64,000 bases of DNA from an uncultured delta proteobacterium. Lineage in GTDB: Bacteria; Myxococcota_A; Polyangia; Polyangiales; JAFGIB01. A program made the translations under genes and the position numbers. Positions 28,674 through 37,700 of this stretch are shown in pieces. The notes under the pieces were generated by a model, which searched no databases, was not told where the DNA came from, and was given only the letters and a program-made list of their open reading frames with translations. Every line of letters begins with the position of its first letter. Position 1 is the stretch's first letter. The stretch spans positions 896,001 to 960,000 of the forward strand of contig CAVZVA010000009.1 in assembly GCA_963778655.1 (NCBI GenBank), given 5' to 3'.

Positions 28674-30236
28674 ATGACCAGGTGGTTGGCTGGCGCACCG
28701 TGGGTGCTCGCGGCGGTCATTTTCGGCACGGGCTGCGGGCTCGCGCGAAGCCCCGAGCTTTCCGGCGACTCGCGCGCGCCACAGGCGACGGTGGCCGTGC
28801 CCACGCGCAATACCGTTACCAACAACAACGGCAACGACACCACCCAGAGCTTCGGCCCCATGGCCGTGCCCACCACGCCGGTGATGCCGATGCAGACCGG
28901 CGGCCTGCAGTGCGGTGGAGTGTTTTGCCCCTTTGCCGCCGATCCGATTCAGCCGTGCTGCACGTCCGAAGCCGATGTCACGGCAGGCGCGGCGCGGACG
29001 GCGGGCCAGTGCGGCCTCGACTTCAGCCAAACCGCCGCCACCTACTACGGCGGCTCGTGCTGGCAGCGCGATCAGCTCGGCGTGGTCGATGACCGCTGTC
29101 CTGCGGTCATGGTGGCCGGCGGGCTGCAGGAGCCAGGCTGCTGCAGTGACCAGGGCAAGTGCGGGGGGCTGAACACGACCGAGATGCTCGGCTGTCATTA
29201 CGCGGCCGGCGAGACGCCCAAGCCGTGCGGCATGATGGACGTCGAAAAGGACAAGACCTGCGAGCCGCTCGGCATTTTCGGCATTCGCTCGCTGGTCGAC
29301 GTGTCTTGGGGCGGGCGTTCCGGCGGATTGGTCGGCTTGACCGACGACGGCCGGGCAATGATGACCTTCCACTTGAAGGTCACCGTCAGCAGCATCGATC
29401 CCAACACCAACGAGGTGCACGGCGAGGTCCAGCCGTGCAACGTGGTGCTGCCGCCGTTCTACAGCACCACGCTGTGCGAGTCGTACTTCCCCGAGTTCCC
29501 GGTTTCGATCTGGGAGAGCCCGAAGCTGCCCAAGATCGAGCTGAGCGGCCGCTACCAATGCCTCAATCCCGGCTGCATCATGACGATCGACGCCAAGACT
29601 GCGCTGCTCGGCATCGATCTGACCAATCCCGAAGCGCCGTGGCCATCACCCACGGATACGCCCTCGCTGAGCTGCCCTGCCGGAAGTGGTGCGCAATGCT
29701 TCCCCGATCAGGACAACGACAAGCTGCCTGGGATGACGGTCAAGCTGCGCACGATGGGCATGGCGCCGCCCGGCGTCGGCTGTGCGAATACCGGATACGC
29801 CTTTCAAGGCGCGCCGCTCAGCTCGAGCCCGGCCGCGATCTTCGGCGGCGTGCGGCGCGCCGACCGTGTGCTGCTGGGAACGCGGACCAAGCTCGGCGGC
29901 TCGGGCAAGATCTCCGACGACTGCAACAGCGGAAGCGGTACCGGCATTGCCGAGTTCGTGCAGTCGCGGGCCTGGGGCTGCCTGGTGCAACCGGGCACCG
30001 CGGACTTTCCCGGGCCGGCGGCGGGGCCGAACGAGGCCTGCGGCGCGGCTCAGGCCCAGTTCCTCGATGAGAACATGCCGATCTACAACATCCTCGCCGT
30101 GGGACAGGCACCCGACCCGATGCTCAACGTGGTCGACAAGTCGGTCAGCGAGGGTTCCAAGTTCAGCATGGTGCGTCTGGGCAAGCTCGGCGACACCGTG
30201 ACCTGCGCGGACGTGCGCAACGCGACTTATCCCTGA
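28674..30236 (+). CDS. Cys-rich secreted lipoprotein of unknown function (domain A plus domain B)
   Basis: Lipobox IFGTGC, Thr/Pro linker, 10-Cys domain, then a C-terminal domain similar to that of the next gene. Confidence 0.8.
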   Translation: MTRWLAGAPWVLAAVIFGTGCGLARSPELSGDSRAPQATVAVPTRNTVTNNNGNDTTQSFGPMAVPTTPVMPMQTGGLQCGGVFCPFAADPIQPCCTSEADVTAGAARTAGQCGLDFSQTAATYYGGSCWQRDQLGVVDDRCPAVMVAGGLQEPGCCSDQGKCGGLNTTEMLGCHYAAGETPKPCGMMDVEKDKTCEPLGIFGIRSLVDVSWGGRSGGLVGLTDDGRAMMTFHLKVTVSSIDPNTNEVHGEVQPCNVVLPPFYSTTLCESYFPEFPVSIWESPKLPKIELSGRYQCLNPGCIMTIDAKTALLGIDLTNPEAPWPSPTDTPSLSCPAGSGAQCFPDQDNDKLPGMTVKLRTMGMAPPGVGCANTGYAFQGAPLSSSPAAIFGGVRRADRVLLGTRTKLGGSGKISDDCNSGSGTGIAEFVQSRAWGCLVQPGTADFPGPAAGPNEACGAAQAQFLDENMPIYNILAVGQAPDPMLNVVDKSVSEGSKFSMVRLGKLGDTVTCADVRNATYP

Positions 30237-30356
30237 ACCAGCTGCGCGTTCCTGCGGCGCTCCCCCACGGCACTGTGCAAAACAGGCCACCGTTGTGTTC
30301 CGCAGGTAACCGCCTAGACTCCGCCTAGGGGAAAGCTTGCGAGGGTGCTGCCTGTG

Positions 30357-33215
30357 ATGCGGATTGATCGACTCGTCTCAACCGTCCCACTCGTGTTGTT
30401 GATGGCCGCCGGCTGTTCGGGCTCGCACAACGCGGACAAAGTCGACGGCGGCGCGATGCAAGATGCCGGCGGCGGGGGGAGCACCAAGAACGACGCCGGC
30501 AAGGACGGGTCGGTCAAGCCCGGCACCGGGGGAAAGGGCAGCGGCGGGACAGGCGGCAGCGGCGGGACAGGCGGCAGCGGCGGTGGCGGCGATGCCGGGT
30601 CGATGAGCTGCGGCAAGCAGACCTGCATGGCGCCCTCGACCTGCGACACCAGCGGAAGCACGCCGGTCTGCACCTGTCCCCCGCACTACCGGCTGACAAC
30701 CTCGGGCACCACCTCGAGTTGTACGGATATCGACGAGTGCGCCACTGCAGCGCTCAACGACTGCGACAGCCACGCGACCTGCACCAACACGCCCGGCGGC
30801 TATGACTGCGCCTGCAACGAGCCGGCCTGGAGCGGCGACGGCAAGAGCTGCGCCTGCGCCAGCGGCTACAGCGACAGCTCGGGCGACTGCAAGGCCGACG
30901 ACGGCACCGCTTGCGGCTCTGACGACGACTGCACCAACGGTCACTGCGTGGCTTCGGTGTGCTGCGCCAGCGCCTGCGATGGCCCCGGCGCGTGCCAAGT
31001 CGCCGACGGCGCCACCTGCGCGGATGGCTCGACCTGCGTGTATGCGGCGGCAGACGACGGCACCGCCTGCGACGACGGCGACGGCTGCACCATGACCGAC
31101 ACCTGCAGCGGTGGCGCCTGTACGGGCAGCGGCACGCCGGATTGCAACGACGACAACCCATGCACGGCCGACAGCTGCGTGTCGCCGGGCGGCTGCACCC
31201 ACGACGGCACTGGCATCACAGACGCCTGCATGGTCGGTGTCGCAGACGTGTGCAACACCTACCAGTGCCGTGGCGACGCCGCAGGCCATTGCGACAGCAC
31301 CCCGACCGCGACGGCGATGAGCTGCACGAGCCTCAACAGCCAGTGTACGACCGGCATCTGCGATCCCACTGCCGGCTGCATGGCGATGGCGACCCGCGAA
31401 GGCATGGACTGCGACGACGGCGATCCCTGCACGGACGGCGAGGTTTGCACCTCGGGCACGTGCACGGGTGGCACTGCGCAGAGCTGCAACGATGGCAATC
31501 CGTGCACCGACGATCTTTGTGCGGCGGGGGTGGGTTGTCAGTACAACGTCAACGCTGCGTCTTGCGACGACGGCAATCCGTGCACCCAGAACGACCAGTG
31601 CTCAAACGGTGCCTGCCAGCCCGGTGCTTTGAAGAGCTGCCCTGGGGACACCTGCAACGATGGCGTTTGCAACACGTCGAACGGTAACTGCGAGAAGACC
31701 CCGAAGTCGGGTACGATCTCCTGCGATGACAACAATTCCTGCAGCGCCAGCAGCACCTGCTCGAACGGGACTTGCCCGTACAACGGCAGCACCGACGCAT
31801 GTGGCGCCGGCGCCACGGACTGCAACGGGTCGGGCGCATCGCCCGACTGCACGTGCGACACGGCCAACGGCTACACCAAAGTCAACGGCGTGTGCGTGCC
31901 CACGGTCAACGAGTGCGACAGCAATCCCTGCGTGAACATTGCGAGCTGCACGGATCCTTCAGGCAACAGCGGAGACTTCAGCTGCCAATGCCCTGATGGC
32001 TACAGCGGCGACGGCAAGGTGTCCGGGACCGGCTGCACCAATATCAACGAGTGCGCCGGCGATCCATGCGGCACCGATTCCGGCACTCAGTGTGTCGAGA
32101 ACTCGCCTGGGCAAGGCTACCATTGCAACTGCGGCTCGGGCTTGGTCTCCATCGATCCGACCGCAGACGGCGTCAACAACCCGACCTGCGCCTGCAACAT
32201 GACCGGTACATTTGCGGTGCGCCTCGCCACGCCCCTCAGCTGGCCGCCGGTCACCAATTCGTTGACCGGAACCCAGGTCATCGACGGCGGCTCGGAGACC
32301 ACCTATTCGTGGGCGATTCGGCGGATGACCTACGATTCCAGCGGCAATCTGTCGGGCACCGTTATTCTCTGCGGCGCGACCACTCCCGATCTCTGCGGTG
32401 ATGGGGTCACCGGGTTCATCGCGCCCGAGGCCTACGCGCAGTTCGTGTCCAATCAGGCGTGGGGCACGGGGAACGCATGCCAGTGCGAGGGCACCTGCCA
32501 ATGCTCGAGCTGTCCCAGCAAGGCGACCACGAGCATTGCATCGTTCGCCCTGCCCAACGCGCGCAAGGATCAGCCGTATCAGGAGCCGCTTACCGCGCAG
32601 CTGTTCGGTATCTCTCTGACCGATCCGTTCGGCGCCTGGCCCGCGAGCCGCTCGAACGTTGGCGCCGCCGGATCGAGCGGCGGGACCAACGGGGCCGTCT
32701 GGGTCGACCACGACGGGGATTGCAACCCTGGCGTGACCAGCTACGCCGTGCCTTCGGGCGGCATCGGCATCGACAACGCGATCCCCGATCCTCCGTTCGC
32801 CTATCCAGCCAATTCCGCGGCGTGTCCGCGGGGCGCCAGCCATCAAAATGATCCACGCTTGCCGTACGCGTACGTTCCACAGAGCGAATTCGGGGCCGTT
32901 CGACGCGTCAACGAAGTCTACAGCGCACAACGTGTCATCAGTCAGCTCAAGGGCACCTTCGCCGACTGCGACAACATCTCCGGAGACGTGGTGGGCCCCA
33001 ACAATGGGCCGATCCAGAGCGATTCCCGAATCCAGGGTTGCACCGACGACTCGTCTGACGGCGTGTGCGGCAGCAGTATCGTGAGCAGCCTCGACACCAC
33101 GCCGCAGAGCCAAACCATCAGCAACGCGACGTTCGTGATGAAGCGCCTGTCCAACGACAGCAACTTCACGGTCAGCTGCGACCACATCCGGAACACCGAC
33201 TTGCCCAAGCCGTAG
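30357..33215 (+). CDS. Large lipoprotein with calcium-binding EGF-like and CDDGNPCT Cys-rich repeats plus C-terminal domain B
   Basis: Lipobox MAAGC; DIDEC...CTNTPGGYDC, VNEC, NINEC (cbEGF-like); repeated C(D/N)DGNPCTxD units. Confidence 0.85.
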   Translation: MRIDRLVSTVPLVLLMAAGCSGSHNADKVDGGAMQDAGGGGSTKNDAGKDGSVKPGTGGKGSGGTGGSGGTGGSGGGGDAGSMSCGKQTCMAPSTCDTSGSTPVCTCPPHYRLTTSGTTSSCTDIDECATAALNDCDSHATCTNTPGGYDCACNEPAWSGDGKSCACASGYSDSSGDCKADDGTACGSDDDCTNGHCVASVCCASACDGPGACQVADGATCADGSTCVYAAADDGTACDDGDGCTMTDTCSGGACTGSGTPDCNDDNPCTADSCVSPGGCTHDGTGITDACMVGVADVCNTYQCRGDAAGHCDSTPTATAMSCTSLNSQCTTGICDPTAGCMAMATREGMDCDDGDPCTDGEVCTSGTCTGGTAQSCNDGNPCTDDLCAAGVGCQYNVNAASCDDGNPCTQNDQCSNGACQPGALKSCPGDTCNDGVCNTSNGNCEKTPKSGTISCDDNNSCSASSTCSNGTCPYNGSTDACGAGATDCNGSGASPDCTCDTANGYTKVNGVCVPTVNECDSNPCVNIASCTDPSGNSGDFSCQCPDGYSGDGKVSGTGCTNINECAGDPCGTDSGTQCVENSPGQGYHCNCGSGLVSIDPTADGVNNPTCACNMTGTFAVRLATPLSWPPVTNSLTGTQVIDGGSETTYSWAIRRMTYDSSGNLSGTVILCGATTPDLCGDGVTGFIAPEAYAQFVSNQAWGTGNACQCEGTCQCSSCPSKATTSIASFALPNARKDQPYQEPLTAQLFGISLTDPFGAWPASRSNVGAAGSSGGTNGAVWVDHDGDCNPGVTSYAVPSGGIGIDNAIPDPPFAYPANSAACPRGASHQNDPRLPYAYVPQSEFGAVRRVNEVYSAQRVISQLKGTFADCDNISGDVVGPNNGPIQSDSRIQGCTDDSSDGVCGSSIVSSLDTTPQSQTISNATFVMKRLSNDSNFTVSCDHIRNTDLPKP

Positions 33216-33305
33216 ATCGGCCTCGCTCAAGGCGCGGCGCGCTGCTCGCGCCTGCGCCCCGCCCGACCGGCAGCGCTGGCGCTCGATGGCGCGCCTGGCA
33301 CGAAG

Positions 33306-33608
33306 TCACTGGTTGAGCAGCCAGACCCACAGGCCGATCACAGAGGCTCCGACCCCGGCCATGCCGACGTAGACGAGCCAGTCCATGCTCAGCTGACTTG
33401 CGATGTAGGCCACGGCCCACGAGAGCAAGAACGGCACCATGAAGATGCGCACCGCGCGGAACAGCCCCTCAATCGGTCCGTCGGGCACGGGCTCGTCGTC
33501 GTCGTCCTCGAGCTCATCCTCCGCTCCGGGCGGCTCCTCCGGCCCGGAAGCCTCGGCGGCTTGCGGCTCGACCTCGGGCTCTTGCGGGTCCTGATCGGAG
33601 TGATCCAC
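33306..33608 (-). CDS. Small membrane protein, acidic N-terminus plus two TMs
   Basis: 100 aa ORF with Asp/Glu-rich head and two hydrophobic helices; GGA upstream of GTG. Confidence 0.6.
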   Translation of the reverse strand: MDHSDQDPQEPEVEPQAAEASGPEEPPGAEDELEDDDDEPVPDGPIEGLFRAVRIFMVPFLLSWAVAYIASQLSMDWLVYVGMAGVGASVIGLWVWLLNQ

Positions 33609-33703
33609 GTCCTGCTCGCGGGGCGCAGCCTAGCCGCCGTCTCGCGGCAGCACCAGCCCCGAAAGCGAGGCCTCGGGAGCGGGGCAGGATCCGCCGTGCC
33701 GGC

Positions 33704-34429
33704 TCAGTGGCCGCCGGTGCCCATGCCGCCGGTGCCCATGCCGCCGGTGCCCATGCCGCCGGTGCCCATGCCACCGGTGCCCATGCCACCGGTGCCCATG
33801 CCGCCGGTGCCCATGCCGCCGGTGCCCATGCCGCCGGTGCCCATGCCGCCGGTGCCCATGCCGCCGGTGCCCATGCCGCCGGTCCCCGCGCCGGCCGCGC
33901 CCATCGGCGGAGCAGTGCCGTCGCAGTTCTTGGGTTGCAGGCCGGGCGCGATCAGCGCCAGGAGCATGCTGTTGCGCGGAATGCAGCCCATGCCGGTGAG
34001 CAGATCTTGGATGCCGCAGGTGTTCGTGTTGGGCACGCAACAGCCCGGCACGTTGTTACCCATGATGGTTTCATCCGGGCACAGCGACGAATTCTGCATC
34101 GGCGCCATGCACTGCGCGTTCGAGGTGTCGAGCGCAGCGTTGTGCGTGCCGCACTGGTTGGCGCTGGTGCAGCAGATCTGCACGCACGCGGCCGCGAGGC
34201 CGGCTGACACCGCAGGGCACGCGACACCGCCGCAGCTCGTGATCGGCGTGGCCGGCATCGGGCACAAGCTCGCGGGCATACCGCCGGTCCCCGGCGCCGT
34301 GCTACCGCCCGTGCCGACCACGGTCGTGCCGCCGGTGCCTGCGGCCCCGGCTGCGTCGTTGTTCTTCTTGCTGCTGCAGCCTAGAGCCGTCACACAGCAC
34401 ACCCAAACCATCGTTGTTCTCCACCACAT
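33704..34429 (-). CDS. Cys-rich lipoprotein (domain A) with C-terminal (MGTGG)11 tail
   Basis: Lipobox TALGC, 10-Cys-type domain resembling that of 28674..30236, 11 MGTGG pentapeptides ending in His. Confidence 0.8.
   Translation of the reverse strand: MWWRTTMVWVCCVTALGCSSKKNNDAAGAAGTGGTTVVGTGGSTAPGTGGMPASLCPMPATPITSCGGVACPAVSAGLAAACVQICCTSANQCGTHNAALDTSNAQCMAPMQNSSLCPDETIMGNNVPGCCVPNTNTCGIQDLLTGMGCIPRNSMLLALIAPGLQPKNCDGTAPPMGAAGAGTGGMGTGGMGTGGMGTGGMGTGGMGTGGMGTGGMGTGGMGTGGMGTGGMGTGGMGTGGH
33710..33886. repeat. 15-bp coding tandem repeat (VNTR)
   Basis: 11 copies of GCCGCCGGTGCCCAT (two adjacent copies have GCCACC) plus a partial copy. Confidence 0.95.
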
Positions 34430-34738
34430 GGCTTCGGGACGTTAGGCATTCTTTCGCGCTCAGGCAATGGGCTCCAGGGCGACATCCCACGTTGAGGACG
34501 CGCCACCAGTTGCTCGCAAGCGCCCGCACGCGATCGCCGCGAGGTCCCTCGCCGCGGACGCGTCTCGAGCCCGTCGCGGGGTATCGACCTCCCCTCAGAA
34601 GTGGGGCGCGCGCACGTCCAGACCTACATGCGCGCGTCGCAGCGTCCACCTGGGCCGGCCGGACACACGTTCCCCGCGCCGTGCCGATCACATCGCGGCG
34701 TCGCAGTGCGTGCTGTAGAATTGAAGCCGAGTCCGCGG

Positions 34739-37700
34739 ATGGCCAACAGCCAGGTTCTAGCCAGCATCATACCCGGCAGCCTGATTGCCGGACGCTACAC
34801 AGTGGAACACGCCCTGGGCAAAGGGGGTATGGGCACGGTCTACGCCGTGCGCGACGCCTCGTCCGGGCGCTCGCTGGCGCTCAAGTACCTCCAGCGCGAA
34901 GCCGCCGTGGAGAAGGGGCCGGCGGCCGCGCTGTTCCAGCGCGAGTATCACACGCTCGCGCACCTGCGGCATCCGCGCGTGATCCAGGTGTACGACTACG
35001 GCGTCGACCACGGCCGGCCGTTCTACACGATGGAGCTGCTCGACGGCAGCGATCTGCGCGAGCTCGCGCCGGTGCAGTGGCCCCGCGCCTGTCGCTTGCT
35101 GCGCGACGTGGCGTCGTCGCTGGCGCTGCTGCACTCGCGCCGCTTGCTCCATCGCGACCTCAGCCCACGCAACGTGCGCTGCACGCGAGACGGGCAGGCC
35201 AAGCTGATCGACTTCGGCACGATGGCGCCGATGGGTCTGGCCAAGGACGTGGCGGGCACGCCGCCGTACATGGCGCCTGAAGCGATCCACGGCCAGGTGC
35301 TGGACGCGCGCACGGACCTGTACGCGCTGGGCGCGCTGGCGTACTGGACGCTGACCGGGTACGACGCCTATCCGGCGCGCGACGCGCGCGAGCTGCGCCA
35401 GCTGTGGCCGCGCGCCATCCTGCCCCCGTCGGCATTCGCCAAAGGCGTGCCCGAAGCGCTCGACGCGCTGGTGATGTCCCTGCTCAGCCTCGACCCCCAG
35501 GCGCGACCCAGCCACGCCGCCGAGGTGATCGAGCGCCTGACCGCGGTAGCGGCGCTTCCGCCCCTGGACCAACCCGAGGTCGCGCGCGCCTATCTGACTT
35601 CCCCGACGCTAGTCGGGCACACCGAGACCCTGAACAGTTTCCACAGGCGTCTGGTGCGCGCCGTGCGTGGTCGCGGCAGCTCGGTGCTGGTGCGGGGCAG
35701 CGCGGGCAGCGGCCGCAGCCGCCTGCTGCAAGCCCTGGTGCTCGAGGCCAAGCTCAACGGCGTGCTGGTGCTCGCGGCGGACGCGGAGGACGCGCAGCGC
35801 GGCGAGCTGGGCGTGCTGCGCGCGCTGATCGAGCGCTTGGTCGAGGCGGCTCCCGATCTTGCGGCGAGCAGCTTCGAGCCCTACGCCGCCGTGCTGGGCG
35901 GGCTCTTTCGCGCGCTTCACGCGCGGCTTCCCAACGCCCGGCCGACCAGCCTGCTGGCCGACCGGCGGGCACAGCTCGCGCGCGAGCTGCAAGCCGTGCG
36001 CGAGTGGCTGCTCGCGGTGTCGCGCGAGCGTGCGTTGATGGTGGCCATCGACGATGCGGACCATGCAGACGAAGCCTCCCGCGCGTGTCTGACGCTGCTG
36101 GCCGGAGACGCGCCGCATGCGTGTCTGGTAGTCGCGGCGGCGCTCGAGAGCGAGCAGGGCCACGAGGCGCTGGAGCTGCTGGCGGCCGGCGCCGTGCACG
36201 TCGCGCTGCGGCCGCTCGACGCGGAGCAATCGCTGCGGCTGCTGCGTTCCGTGTTCGGCGACGTACCGCAGCTGCAGGTGGTCGCGGACTTCATCCACAC
36301 GCTCGCCCAGGGCAATCCGCGCACGATCATGGAGCTCGCGCAGTATCTGGTCGACCGCAGCATCGCACGCTACGAGCGCGGCACCTTTACCTTACCCGAA
36401 ACGCTGCGCGATCAGGCCTTACCCAAAAGCATCGAGCAGGCGCTGTCCACGCGGATCGCGTCGCTCAGTCCTCCGGCGCGCGCGCTGGCCGAGGCGCTCT
36501 CGCTGGTGACCGATCACGGCCATCTCGAGCTCGACGAGGTGGTCGAGCTCTCGGGTCCCCAGGGCCCGAAGCAGGCCTATGGCGCCGTCGACGAACTGGT
36601 CGCCTCGCAGGTGCTGGTCGCCGCAGGCAGCAAGCACCACCTCAGCCACCGAGGCCTGGCCCAGGCGCTGCAACGCAAGCTGCTGCCCGAGCGCCGGCGT
36701 CTGCTGCACCTGCGCTTGGCGGCCGTGTACGAGGATCGCGCCATGCGCGCGCACGGGGCGGACGCCCGGCTGCTGGGCGCGTATCACCGCTACCTGGGCG
36801 GCGACATGGACGCCTGCCTGGCGGCAATCGCCAGCGAGAGGCTGATCGCCGATTCGGCGTTTCGACGCACGGCCGAGGCGGCCCAGATGTACGACGCTTG
36901 CGTCACGCACTTCGAGGCCGCCGGCTTGCCGCCCTCGCGGCTGTATCCGCTGCGCAAGGCGCTGCTGTGGCTCTCCTCGAGCACGGATCCCACGATGATC
37001 AAGCACGCCGGGCCCGCGCTGGCCCAGCTCTGTCACGACTCGGGTCGGATCTACGTGGAAGAGATCACCGACGAGCCCGATCCGGTGGCACGGATCCGCC
37101 GCTGCATCGACCGCGCCCGCAGCACGTACGAACGCGCCGACCCCTCGCAGCGCGGGCTTACGCCGGTCGAGGCGATCCGTGAGCTCGGGACGTGCACGCT
37201 GATGCTGACCGAGACGTATGTGCTCAACAACGACGCCGCGGCGCTCGCGCGCTTGCCCGACGCGATCGATCCCTTCCGGCCGCTCTCCGCCGTGCTTGGC
37301 CTGCTGCGCGAGCTGGCGAGCCAGGCGCTCGAGGCGCTGCGCGGCAAAGACGTCGCCCAGCGCCGTCTGGCCTTGCTCGAGCGGCTCGATCTCCCCCTCG
37401 AGGGCCTCGAGCCCAGGTCCCAGCATGCGATTCGGTGCAGCTTGATCTACTGGCACGCCATGGACGAGGCCGCGCTCGGCAAGCCCGCGGTGCTGGAGCG
37501 CGCCGCGGAGCTCGAGCGGCATCCGCTCTACGCGCCGCTGGGCGCCCAGGTGCGCAGCGTGTTCCATCTGTTCTCCGGCAACGAGGAGGAAGCCGAGCGC
37601 TGGCAGCGGCGCCGCGAGCGGCTGTCGTTGCAGACCCCGTTCTCGAACTTCGCGAGCACCCGCGGGATCATTCACGAGGCCTTCGGCTACTACCTGTGCG

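Noticed and set aside
33710..33886. Possible CRISPR array
   Set aside because: Contiguous 15-bp units with no spacers, in frame within a CDS; no cas genes in the window.
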